From assembly GCA_043806835.1 (NCBI GenBank), contig JAZDGQ010000026.1, forward strand, positions 3,804 through 67,803: a stretch of DNA of 64,000 nt, given 5' to 3'. Both the position numbers and the translations under genes were made by a program. The first letter of the stretch is position 1, and each line of letters starts with the position of its first letter. The notes beneath the pieces were generated by a model. That model saw only the letters and a program-made list of their open reading frames with translations. It was not told the origin of the DNA and made no database searches. Shown here piece after piece: positions 36,549 through 45,680 of this stretch. The DNA is from Pseudomonadota bacterium (lineage in GTDB: Bacteria > Pseudomonadota > Alphaproteobacteria > Micavibrionales > UBA2020).

Positions 36549-38048
36549 ATGTGCGGTATTATCGGCATTATCGGCCCCGAGCAAAGCGAGACCCGGGGCA
36601 TGCCCCATTGGGCGGCTTATGAAATCTGCCGCAGTCTTCTGGCGTTGCAGCATCGCGGGCAGGATGCCGCCGGGATTTTGTCTTTCGACAACGGCTCCCG
36701 GATGTTCCTCCAGGAAAAAGACCTTGGGCTGGTGACGCAGGTGTTCGACCGGCAGAAAATCGAAAAACTGACGGGACCCATGGCCATCGGGCATACCCGT
36801 TATGCGACCGCAGGGACGGACGGCAGGCGCGACATCCAGCCGATGGTCACGGGCATCCCCTTCGGCCTCGGCATGGTGCATAACGGCAATATCCTGAACT
36901 ATCACAGCCTGACGAAAGAGCTGGCGGAGAAATACCGCAGGCAGATGCTCACCGCCAACGACCTGGAAGTGCTTATCCATTATTTCGGGTGCTTCCTGCT
37001 TGAAAACAGCGGCGGCGTCCCGGACAAGGACACCTTCCGGTTCGAGAACATCAGGAAGGCGGCGTCCCGCCTGTTCGACACGGTCGTGGGAGGCTACGCC
37101 GTCCTGGGGCTGATCGCAGGGCAGGGACTCGTGGCGCTGCGCGACCCGAAAGGCATCCGCCCCCTGATGATCGGGGTCAGGGAAGCCGCCGGAGGCGGGA
37201 AAGCGCACTGCCTCGCCTCCGAGACGATTGCGCTTACCTGTCTCGGATACGACTATCTGCGCGACGTGGCGCCCGGCGAGGTGATCTTCATCGACGCCGC
37301 AGGCCGGATGCAGAGCGCCGTCGTGCATGAGGAAAAGGAAAAAGCACCCTGCATGTTCGAATGGGTTTATTTCTCCGGCGCCGAAAGCTCCATCGACAAC
37401 CAGTCCGTCTACACCGTGCGCCTCAAGCTCGGCGAGCGGCTCGGCCTCAAGGCGCAGAGAGCGATCCGGGCCGGGGAGATTTCCCCCGACGTCGTCATGC
37501 CCGTCCCCGACACCAGCCGGCCCGCGGCCATCTCCGTCGCCGCCATGCTGGGCCTTCCCTACCGCGAGGGGCTCATCAAAAACCGCTACATCGCGCGCAG
37601 CTTCATCATGAACAGCCAGGAAAAGCGGGACGCCGCCGTGGAACTGAAACTCAGCCCGATCCTCAGCGAGATCGAGGGAAAGAACATTTTCCTGATCGAC
37701 GACAGCATCGTGCGCGGCACCACGTCCAGAAAAATCGTCGCCATGCTGAAGAAGTACGGCGCGAGGGAAGTGGCCGTCGGCGTGACCTGCCCGCCCATGC
37801 GCTATCCCTGCTATTACGGCATCGACTTTCCCGATCCGTCCACGCTGATCGCCAACGACAAGTCGGTGGAGGACATCGCGTTGTGGCTGGATGCCAAAAA
37901 AGTGATCTATCTGGACGAGGAGGATCTGCGTCTGGCCACGGGGCATTCCAGCCTCTGCATGGCCTGCGTCAACAACAAGTATCCGACGGAGGTTACCGAG
38001 GGGGATCATTTCTCCCGTGAACGGAAAAAGGCCAGAGCCTGCGGTTGA
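36549..38048 (+). CDS. purF: amidophosphoribosyltransferase
   Basis: N-terminal MCGIIG nucleophile and PRTase motif IFLIDDSIVRGTTS. Confidence 0.95.
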   Translation: MCGIIGIIGPEQSETRGMPHWAAYEICRSLLALQHRGQDAAGILSFDNGSRMFLQEKDLGLVTQVFDRQKIEKLTGPMAIGHTRYATAGTDGRRDIQPMVTGIPFGLGMVHNGNILNYHSLTKELAEKYRRQMLTANDLEVLIHYFGCFLLENSGGVPDKDTFRFENIRKAASRLFDTVVGGYAVLGLIAGQGLVALRDPKGIRPLMIGVREAAGGGKAHCLASETIALTCLGYDYLRDVAPGEVIFIDAAGRMQSAVVHEEKEKAPCMFEWVYFSGAESSIDNQSVYTVRLKLGERLGLKAQRAIRAGEISPDVVMPVPDTSRPAAISVAAMLGLPYREGLIKNRYIARSFIMNSQEKRDAAVELKLSPILSEIEGKNIFLIDDSIVRGTTSRKIVAMLKKYGAREVAVGVTCPPMRYPCYYGIDFPDPSTLIANDKSVEDIALWLDAKKVIYLDEEDLRLATGHSSLCMACVNNKYPTEVTEGDHFSRERKKARACG

Positions 38049-38061
38049 AAAAAGGGGAAAC

Positions 38062-39969
38062 ATGAAAATTCTGGCGATATTCGGAAGTGCGTCCGATGAA
38101 GCGGTTTCGGCCCCTCTTGTAAAAGAAATCTCGGAAATCTTTGAAACGGAGCATGAAGTCCTTTCCGCCCACCGCGACCCTGAAAAACTGCGGGCGAAAA
38201 TCTCCGGCTGGCGGGGGGACGCCATCGTGGCGGGCGCGGGGCTTGCCGCCGCCCTCCCCGGCGTCGTCGCGGCGATGACGCCCCTGCCTGTTTTCGGGGT
38301 TCCGGTGCCTTCCCAGTTCGGCGGCATCGATTCCCTCGGGGCCATCGCGCAAATGCCGCCCGGCGTTCCCGTCATGGCCTGCGGCACCGTCAGCGCGAAG
38401 CCCGTCGTTGCATTCCTGAAACACTATAAAGTCTGGAAAGACAAAGCTTCCCGCGACATCCATTTCGTCGTTGCCGCTCCGTCCACGGAAATAACGGCGG
38501 AGATTGAAAAAGCGGAAACGCTGGCCGCCGAAAAAGGGATTGCGGTGACAACCTCCTCCAGGAATAGTGACAAAGGCTTCAATGTTGTGGTCGTCGCAAA
38601 GACCGGGGACATCCGCCCGGACGATTTCTGCCTCCATATCCCCTTCATCTCTCAAAGGGAGCTTTCAAAGCCGGAAAAATACCTCGCCGTGATGGACTGG
38701 ATGAACAGGGGCGGCCTCTGGGTCGGCGTCAACAACCTGCGGAACGCCGTCCTGTCCCTGCACCGGCTGACCGGCGGCGGACAGTCCCTGCCGGAAATCC
38801 TTTACGAGGGCTCCGTCAAGAACGTGCGCGGCACTGCAAACAAATCCCCATATATCTTCGAGTATTCCGACCGCTACTCGATCTTCGACTGGGGGGAGAT
38901 GCCGGATCTGCTGGGCGGCAAGGGGAAATCCCTCGCGTTCATGGGCTGGTTCTTTTTCGATTTCCTCGGCAACCCCCGCAACTGGAGGAACTGGAAGGCT
39001 CCCGCCGCCTTCGAGGGCACGCCCCTTCTGAGCCGCCTCCGCGAACAGGGAGTGCTCCACCATTCCATCGGGCTGGTGAGCGACAGCCTTTCGCCTTTGC
39101 CCCTGACGGGCGAAGTCCTGTCGCCCACGCGCTGCCTCGCCGTCCGTCACGTCCGGGTGCTCCATCCGGAGGGAAAGACCAAAAATTCAAAGCTGACATG
39201 GGATTATTCGGCCTACCGCCAAAAGCCGGAGAATGCGCTCGTCCCTCTGGAAGTGATCTTCCGCTTCGGCGTGCCGGAGGGAAGCTCCCTTCTCAAGCGC
39301 ACCAGCGACGCTTCCTATTGCCGCGACCTCGGCCTCGATTCTTCCCCGAAGACGGGAGACAGTTTCGGGATGCCGGTGATTGAATATTCCACCAAGCTCG
39401 AAAACACGGACCGCTATCTCGGCTATGACGAAGCGAAGGACATCGCCGGCCTTTCGACGGAAGAGTTCGACGGCCTGACGACCCTGACGCGCCTTCTGGC
39501 GCTGCGCCTCAAGGACTGTTTTGCCGGAATAGACGTCGATCTGTGGGACGGCAAGTTCGAGTTCGCCTTCTGCGGCAGGGATCAGGCCGGAAGGCGCGGC
39601 TTCATGCTCGTCGATTCCATCGGGCCGGACGAACTGCGGCTGATGTCCGGCGGCGTGCATCTGTCGAAGGAGATTCTCCGCAGCCATTACCGCCCGACGG
39701 CCTGGCACGCGGGGCTTGAGGAAGCGAAGGAGCGTGCAACGGAACGCGGCGAAAGGGACTGGAAAAGCATCTGCACCGATGAACTCCACCTGACCCCGGC
39801 GCCCCTTCCAGCCGTTCTCATGGAACGTGCCGGGATGATCTACAAGGGGCTTGCAAAGGCTCTGTCGTATCAATACTGCGATCACGTCATTTTTCCGGAG
39901 GCATGGGATCTCCGGGATGTCGTTGAAAGCTTCAACTCCGGCATGCCGGAAAAACAGGAGGGCGCATGA
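38062..39969 (+). CDS. purEC: fusion protein: N-terminal PurE-like domain, degenerate middle domain, C-terminal SAICAR synthetase (PurC)
   Basis: PurE-like: ILAIFGSASDE...VLSAHRDPEKL...VAGAGLAAALPGVVAAMTPLPVFGVPV...QMPPGVPV. PurC-like: LYEGSVKNVRG...SDRYSIFDWGEMPD...KGKSL. ATG 38062 lies after the purF stop. Confidence 0.75.
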   Translation: MKILAIFGSASDEAVSAPLVKEISEIFETEHEVLSAHRDPEKLRAKISGWRGDAIVAGAGLAAALPGVVAAMTPLPVFGVPVPSQFGGIDSLGAIAQMPPGVPVMACGTVSAKPVVAFLKHYKVWKDKASRDIHFVVAAPSTEITAEIEKAETLAAEKGIAVTTSSRNSDKGFNVVVVAKTGDIRPDDFCLHIPFISQRELSKPEKYLAVMDWMNRGGLWVGVNNLRNAVLSLHRLTGGGQSLPEILYEGSVKNVRGTANKSPYIFEYSDRYSIFDWGEMPDLLGGKGKSLAFMGWFFFDFLGNPRNWRNWKAPAAFEGTPLLSRLREQGVLHHSIGLVSDSLSPLPLTGEVLSPTRCLAVRHVRVLHPEGKTKNSKLTWDYSAYRQKPENALVPLEVIFRFGVPEGSSLLKRTSDASYCRDLGLDSSPKTGDSFGMPVIEYSTKLENTDRYLGYDEAKDIAGLSTEEFDGLTTLTRLLALRLKDCFAGIDVDLWDGKFEFAFCGRDQAGRRGFMLVDSIGPDELRLMSGGVHLSKEILRSHYRPTAWHAGLEEAKERATERGERDWKSICTDELHLTPAPLPAVLMERAGMIYKGLAKALSYQYCDHVIFPEAWDLRDVVESFNSGMPEKQEGA

Positions 39970-41276
39970 CACGAACCGTAAAAACAATCCTGCTTCTGGG
40001 CTCCGGCGGGCGCGAACACGCGCTTGCCTGGAAAATGGCGCAATCGGATACCGTCGAAACCATCAGCGTGTTGCCGGGAAGCGACGCCATCGCCTGCGTC
40101 GGCAAGGTCAGGTGCGTTCCAGGCGATTCTGCCGACGTCCCTTTCGTCGTCGAAACCGCCAGGGAGCTGAAGCCGGACCTGATCGTGGTGGGACCGGAAA
40201 AGCCCCTCGCGGCGGGCGTTGCCGACGCCCTCGGACTGGCCGGTTTTGCCGTCCTCGGCCCCGACCAGAACGCGGCGCGGCTGGAAAGCTCGAAAATCTT
40301 CGCCAAGGAATTCATGGTGAAATTCGGCATCCCCACGGCGGAATTCAAGGTCTACGACACCTATGACGACGCCGTCGCCGCCATCAAAAGCCGGGACGTG
40401 AAAAAAGAGGGCGTGGTCATCAAGGCCGACGGCCTCGCCTCCGGCAAAGGCGTGGTTGTCACGCATGATCCCGACGAGGCTCTCAAGGCCGTGCACGATT
40501 TCATGATAAACCCCGCCTGCATCATCAAAAGCGACAAGCTTCTGGTGGAGGACATCATCAGGGGAAAGGAAGTCTCCGCTTTCGCCCTTTGCGACGGGGA
40601 AGTGTTCCTGCCACTCGGTTATGTCTGCGATAACAAGCGCATCCGCGACGGCGACGAGGGACCGAATACCGGCGGCATGGGCGGCACCGTCCCCAAGGGG
40701 TGGCCCTCCCCGGGAACACGGCGATTCATCAATGAGAATATTTTCCGGCGCACGGTCGAGGGGATGCTGGCGCGCGGCACGCCTTTCAAGGGCATCCTTT
40801 TCGCGGGGCTGATGATCGACGGGGAGGACGTGAAGGTTCTGGAGTTCAACACCCGCTTCGGGGATCCGGAAACGCAGATACTCCTGCCGCTCCTGCAGGG
40901 CGACATCGTGCCGCTGCTCGATCATGCGGCGCGGGGAACTCTCCACGGCGCAGAGCCTCCCGCCCTCTCCGGGGAAGAGGCCGTGCATGTCGTGATGACC
41001 TCGGAAGGATATCCCGAAATCACCGGAACCGGCATGCGCCTCGGTGCGGAGATCAGCTTTCCGGAGAAGATGCTGGAGCAGAAAGCCGGAGACAGCACCC
41101 TGCTCTTCATCGCGGGCGCGAAGAAACAGGACGGACGCTGGGTCAACAGTGGCGGACGCGTGCTGGGCGTGACCGGCCTCGGAGAAACGAAGGAAGAAGC
41201 GCGCGCACGCGCCTACGGAGCCGTCGAAGACATCCGCTTTGAGGGGGCGCACTGGCGTAAGGACATTGGCCGGTAG
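39966..41276 (+). CDS. purD: phosphoribosylamine-glycine ligase
   Basis: ILLLGSGGREHALAWK plus the ATP-grasp core. ATGA overlap with the upstream gene. Confidence 0.95.
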   Translation: MTRTVKTILLLGSGGREHALAWKMAQSDTVETISVLPGSDAIACVGKVRCVPGDSADVPFVVETARELKPDLIVVGPEKPLAAGVADALGLAGFAVLGPDQNAARLESSKIFAKEFMVKFGIPTAEFKVYDTYDDAVAAIKSRDVKKEGVVIKADGLASGKGVVVTHDPDEALKAVHDFMINPACIIKSDKLLVEDIIRGKEVSAFALCDGEVFLPLGYVCDNKRIRDGDEGPNTGGMGGTVPKGWPSPGTRRFINENIFRRTVEGMLARGTPFKGILFAGLMIDGEDVKVLEFNTRFGDPETQILLPLLQGDIVPLLDHAARGTLHGAEPPALSGEEAVHVVMTSEGYPEITGTGMRLGAEISFPEKMLEQKAGDSTLLFIAGAKKQDGRWVNSGGRVLGVTGLGETKEEARARAYGAVEDIRFEGAHWRKDIGR

Positions 41277-41913
41277 CGGGAGGAAAATCCGTGGAGCCGT
41301 TCTGGCATCGGGCAGCGGCTCGAACGCGGAAAACATCATCCGCTTCTGCCGGGAACACGCCGGTAAAATTGAAATCGCGGTCGTGATCTGCGACCGGACG
41401 GAAGCCGGAGTTATCGGCAGAGCCGAAAGGCTCGGCGTTCCCTGCTCCGTTATTCCTGTTGTGCGCGGGGTGGGCGACGCACAGGAAAAGAAAGTCCTCG
41501 ACGTTCTTTCCTCTTATGCCGTCGACTGGGTTTTCCTCGCGGGGTACATGCGGATCATCAGCGCAGATTTTCTTTCCCGCTTTGCGGATCCGATTTTGAA
41601 AGTCAACCGCGTCGTCAATATCCACCCCTCGCTCCTGCCCGCGTTTCCGGGGAAAGACAGCTACCGGCGGACTTATGACGCCGGAGTGAAAGAATCCGGC
41701 GTGACGCTGCACTTCGTCGACGCGGGGGTCGATACGGGTCCGGTCATCGCGCAGAAAAAATTCAGCCGCGTCCCCGGCGAAAGTTTCGAGGATTTCCGGG
41801 CGCGGGGGCTGGCGCTTGAGTACGAGGTCTATAGGGAGTTTCTTGAACAGTTGTCCAGAGGAAGAATAAATGCGCTCGGCCATCAGAATAGAGCTGGAAT
41901 CCGGAATCACTGA
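41239..41913 (+). CDS. purN: phosphoribosylglycinamide formyltransferase
   Basis: AVLASGSGSN, NIHPSLLPAFPG and HFVDAGVDTGPVI. The exact start is uncertain (TTG 41266 is possible). Confidence 0.85.
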   Translation: MRGRTGVRTLAGSGRKIRGAVLASGSGSNAENIIRFCREHAGKIEIAVVICDRTEAGVIGRAERLGVPCSVIPVVRGVGDAQEKKVLDVLSSYAVDWVFLAGYMRIISADFLSRFADPILKVNRVVNIHPSLLPAFPGKDSYRRTYDAGVKESGVTLHFVDAGVDTGPVIAQKKFSRVPGESFEDFRARGLALEYEVYREFLEQLSRGRINALGHQNRAGIRNH

Positions 41914-44887
41914 CCGCCGCCTCGAAAAGTGGGCGAAGGAGGCGCGCACTTATTTGGGCGTGCCGCTTGAAGCATTGGAAGAAGTGCGGATATACAAGTT
42001 ACAGCCCCGTCATGCACCGCACGGAGAAGAACTCATCGGCAGACTGCGCGACGTTTTCGCCGATCCTGTGCTCCAGACGCTTCATGCGGAGGATAAAAAA
42101 TATTCATTCAATGACAGGAAGCCCTCTTTTATCGCTGAAATATCGTTCCGCCCCGGCGTGACGGACAATCCGGCGCGGTCGGCGGCGGAGGCTCTTTCTC
42201 TCGTCGGCATCGACGCGGAGGTCGCGAGCGGCTCCCTCTATTTCCTGTTCGGCGATGTCGGCGAGAAGGGCGCGGAGAAAGTCGCGCGGGAACTCCTTTC
42301 CAATGCCCTGATACAGAAATCCGAGGTGTGGACGTCGGACGCATTCTACAAAACGGACAGGTTCGGCTCCGCGACCCTGCCGAAAGTCACCCTCACCGCC
42401 GCCCCGCAGATAACGGAAGTATCCCTTGATCTCGACGATGCCGGACTTGAGGTTTTGAGCAAAGACCGATGCCTCGCCCTCACCGCCGCCGAGATGAAGC
42501 ATATCCGCGACTATTACGGCAGGCCGGACGTTCAGGTCGCGCGGAAAGCAAAAAAACTTCCTCTTCAACCGACCGACGTCGAAATCGAGATACTGGCGCA
42601 GAGCTGGAGCGAGCACTGCAAACACAAGATATTCTCGGCGAAAATAGATTACAAAGACGCCTCCGGAAAAAAACAAATCGTCGACAGCCTCTATCGCACC
42701 TATATCAAGGGCGCGACGCGGGAGATCGCGGAGGCGCGGAAGCTGGACTGGCTCGTTTCGGTATTCAGCGACAACGCCGGGATCGTCCGGTTCGATCCGA
42801 AGATCGACCTCTGCATCAAGGTGGAGACGCACAACAGCCCCTCGGCGCTCGATCCTTACGGCGGCGCGCTGACGGGAATCCTCGGCGTCAACCGCGACAT
42901 TCTGGGCTGTGGCATGGGCGCAAGGCCGATAGCCAACACGGACGTCTTCTGCTTCGCCCCGCCGGACATGCCCAAAGCGGGCGAGGAAAAATATATGCCG
43001 GACGGCCCCAAACCGCCGCGCCGGGTTCTTGAGGGCGTGCATCGCGGCGTGGAGGACGGCGGCAACAAAAGCGGCATCCCGACCGTCAACGGCGCGTTCT
43101 TCTTCGACCGGGATTACGCCGGAAAACCGCTCGTCTTCGTCGGCACGGTCGGCGCGATGCCGCAGACGCTCCCCGACGGACGGCCCTCCTCCACGAAAAA
43201 ACTTTCCCCCGGCGACAGGATCATGATGGTGGGCGGCGCGATCGGAGCGGACGGCGTCCACGGCGCGACGTTCAGCTCGCTGGAGCTGAACGACAACGCC
43301 CCCGCGACCGCCGTCCAGATCGGCGACCCCCTCACCCAGAAGCGCGTGATGGATTTTCTTCTGGAAGCCCGCGATCTCGGCCTCTACGCGGCGCTGACCG
43401 ACAACGGCGCGGGCGGCCTCAGCTCCAGCGTCGGGGAAATGGCGACGATGAGCGGCGGCGCGAGCCTCGATCTCGCGCTCTGCCCCGTCAAATATCCGGG
43501 GCTTTCACCTTGGGAACTGATGGTCAGCGAGAGTCAGGAACGCATGACCTTCGCCGTTCCTCCATCACACAGCGCCGCCTTCCTCGCCCTCGCCGGAAAA
43601 CGCGGCGTCAGCGCCACGGACATCGGAGCCTTCGACGACAGCGGAAAACTGACCGTCTTTTACGGCAAAAAACTGGCGGCGGAACTGGAACTGGCGTTCC
43701 TGCACGACTCCCTCCCGCAGATGGAACTGACGGCGGAATGGACGGGAGCGAAACCCCGCCCCGCATGGTCGCCCACCACCGCCCTGTCCGGAAAGAAAGA
43801 ACACGTTCCTGCGGATATCGAAAGCATCCTCGTCAAACTTCTTTCCTCCCCCAATATCACCTCCAAGGAAAAGTGGGTGCGCGCCTACGACCACGAAGTA
43901 CAGGCGGCGACGCATCAGAAACCCTTTATCGGGGAATATTCGGACGGGCCTTCCGATGCCGGAGTTATCTGGCTTCATCCCCACGGCGGCGGCAAGGACA
44001 ACGGGATCGCCATCGGGTGCGGGCTGGCTCCGCGCATATCACCTATTGATCCGTATCTTATGGCGCAGTTCGCCGTTGATGAGGCTATCCGGAACGTTGT
44101 CGCTTCCGGCGGCGATCCCGATATATGCTGCCTGCTGGACAATTTCTGCTGGCCGGACCCCGTCGCTTCCGCCAGAAATCCGGACGGCGTCTATAAACTC
44201 GGACAACTCGTCCGCGCCTGCCGTGGGCTTTACGACATCTGCAAGGACTACGGCACGCCGCTCGTCAGCGGCAAGGACAGCATGAAAAACGATTTCCGGG
44301 GGAAGGATAAGCGCGGGCAGGAGATATCCATCAGCGTCCTTCCCACCCTCCTGATAACCGCCATGGCGAGAGTGCCGATGGGCGCGACGGCCGGCAGCGA
44401 CTTCAAGGATGCGGGTGATCTCATATATCTATTGGGCGAAAAAGGGTCGCAGGGGCTTTCCGGTTCCGAATTCTCCTGCCACTACGAGACGATAAGTGCG
44501 GTACCCTCCATCGATCCCCGCAAGAACATGCTTCTTTACCGCAAGCTCCACAGTATTCTAAAACAAAACCTCGTCAGATCCGTGCATGATATTTCCGAAG
44601 GCGGACTGCTGATCGCCCTCGCCGAATCCATGATCGGCGGCAGGCGGGGCGCGGAGCTTTTCATGAATAGCGGGGATAAGGATTTTGCGGATGCCTGCTT
44701 CAACGAGGCACCGGGGAGATTTGTCGTGTCCGTCGCGGCGGCGCAGCAGGCCGCGTTCGAACAGGCGCTTTCCGGCTGCGATTTCCTCCGGATCGGGCAC
44801 GTCACGGAGGAGGATCAACTGTCCCTCGCCGGAAGCCCTTCCATTCCGCTGAAAAACCTCGCGCAAGCGTGGCAGAAAGGATTTTGA
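41870..44887 (+). CDS. purL: FGAM synthase subunit PurL with a ~200-aa N-terminal PurS-like extension
   Basis: SWSEHCKHKIF and AIR-synthase-like repeats. The N-terminal region has two PurS-like segments (FRPGVTDNPARSAAEALSLVGI...ARELLSNALIQKSEV). No separate purS ORF is present. Confidence 0.85.
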   Translation: MRSAIRIELESGITDRRLEKWAKEARTYLGVPLEALEEVRIYKLQPRHAPHGEELIGRLRDVFADPVLQTLHAEDKKYSFNDRKPSFIAEISFRPGVTDNPARSAAEALSLVGIDAEVASGSLYFLFGDVGEKGAEKVARELLSNALIQKSEVWTSDAFYKTDRFGSATLPKVTLTAAPQITEVSLDLDDAGLEVLSKDRCLALTAAEMKHIRDYYGRPDVQVARKAKKLPLQPTDVEIEILAQSWSEHCKHKIFSAKIDYKDASGKKQIVDSLYRTYIKGATREIAEARKLDWLVSVFSDNAGIVRFDPKIDLCIKVETHNSPSALDPYGGALTGILGVNRDILGCGMGARPIANTDVFCFAPPDMPKAGEEKYMPDGPKPPRRVLEGVHRGVEDGGNKSGIPTVNGAFFFDRDYAGKPLVFVGTVGAMPQTLPDGRPSSTKKLSPGDRIMMVGGAIGADGVHGATFSSLELNDNAPATAVQIGDPLTQKRVMDFLLEARDLGLYAALTDNGAGGLSSSVGEMATMSGGASLDLALCPVKYPGLSPWELMVSESQERMTFAVPPSHSAAFLALAGKRGVSATDIGAFDDSGKLTVFYGKKLAAELELAFLHDSLPQMELTAEWTGAKPRPAWSPTTALSGKKEHVPADIESILVKLLSSPNITSKEKWVRAYDHEVQAATHQKPFIGEYSDGPSDAGVIWLHPHGGGKDNGIAIGCGLAPRISPIDPYLMAQFAVDEAIRNVVASGGDPDICCLLDNFCWPDPVASARNPDGVYKLGQLVRACRGLYDICKDYGTPLVSGKDSMKNDFRGKDKRGQEISISVLPTLLITAMARVPMGATAGSDFKDAGDLIYLLGEKGSQGLSGSEFSCHYETISAVPSIDPRKNMLLYRKLHSILKQNLVRSVHDISEGGLLIALAESMIGGRRGAELFMNSGDKDFADACFNEAPGRFVVSVAAAQQAAFEQALSGCDFLRIGHVTEEDQLSLAGSPSIPLKNLAQAWQKGF

Positions 44888-44888
44888 C

Positions 44889-45680
44889 ATGACGAAAAAG
44901 AACCCTTTATTCCTCGTCATGACGGGCGATGGGATCAACTGCGAAAAAGAAACGGCGCGGGCACTGGAGCTTGCCGGAGCCGCAGCGAAGATCGTCCATA
45001 TCAATGACCTGCTGGAAACCCCGCACATGCTGGCGGAGGCGCAGGGGCTGGCCATACCGGGAGGTTTTTCGTTCGGCGACGAGCTGGGCAGCGGCCAGAT
45101 TCTGGCCCTGAAAATCCGCCACAAGCTGGGGGACGCCTTCTTTAAAATGGTGGAGGACAAAAAGCCCGTCATCGGCATCTGCAATGGCTTTCAGGTGCTG
45201 GTAAAGCTGGGGCTCCTGCCTTTCCCGGCGGACGGCGAGCGAAAGCTCGCGCTGGCGGCCAACGAATCCGGGCGTTTCATCGACAGGTGGGTCACGCTCG
45301 ACGTCAACCCGCAAAGCGTCTGCTTCTGGACGAAGAGCCTGCCCTTCGACTCCCTCGAACTGCCGATCCGCCACGGCGAGGGCCGGATCGTCTTCCGGAA
45401 GGGGCAGGAGGACGGCCTGTATCAAAATCTCGTCAGGCAGGGACTGATCCCCCTCACATACACGGAAGACGTGAACGGCTCCTACGGCAAAATCGCCGCG
45501 CTGACCGATCCTTCCGGCATGGTTCTCGGCCTGATGCCGCACCCGGAAGCCTTCGTTTCGCAAATGACCTACAGGAAGACGGGGGGGCAGGGCGACGGCG
45601 ACGGCCTCGCGATCTTCAAAAACATCGTCAGGATTCTCAAAAACGAAAAGGATGCGGGAGATGAAAAAAAATACGCCTGA
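44889..45680 (+). CDS. purQ: FGAM synthase glutaminase subunit
   Basis: Triad motifs GICNGFQ and MPHPE. Confidence 0.9.
   Translation: MTKKNPLFLVMTGDGINCEKETARALELAGAAAKIVHINDLLETPHMLAEAQGLAIPGGFSFGDELGSGQILALKIRHKLGDAFFKMVEDKKPVIGICNGFQVLVKLGLLPFPADGERKLALAANESGRFIDRWVTLDVNPQSVCFWTKSLPFDSLELPIRHGEGRIVFRKGQEDGLYQNLVRQGLIPLTYTEDVNGSYGKIAALTDPSGMVLGLMPHPEAFVSQMTYRKTGGQGDGDGLAIFKNIVRILKNEKDAGDEKKYA

Noticed and set aside
36327-43261. 686-, 485- and 385-aa minus-strand ORFs antisense to purF, purD and purL, plus many 60-220-aa ORFs across the pur region
   Set aside because: All are opposite or out of frame to strongly supported pur genes. No independent signals such as RBS, motifs or codon bias.
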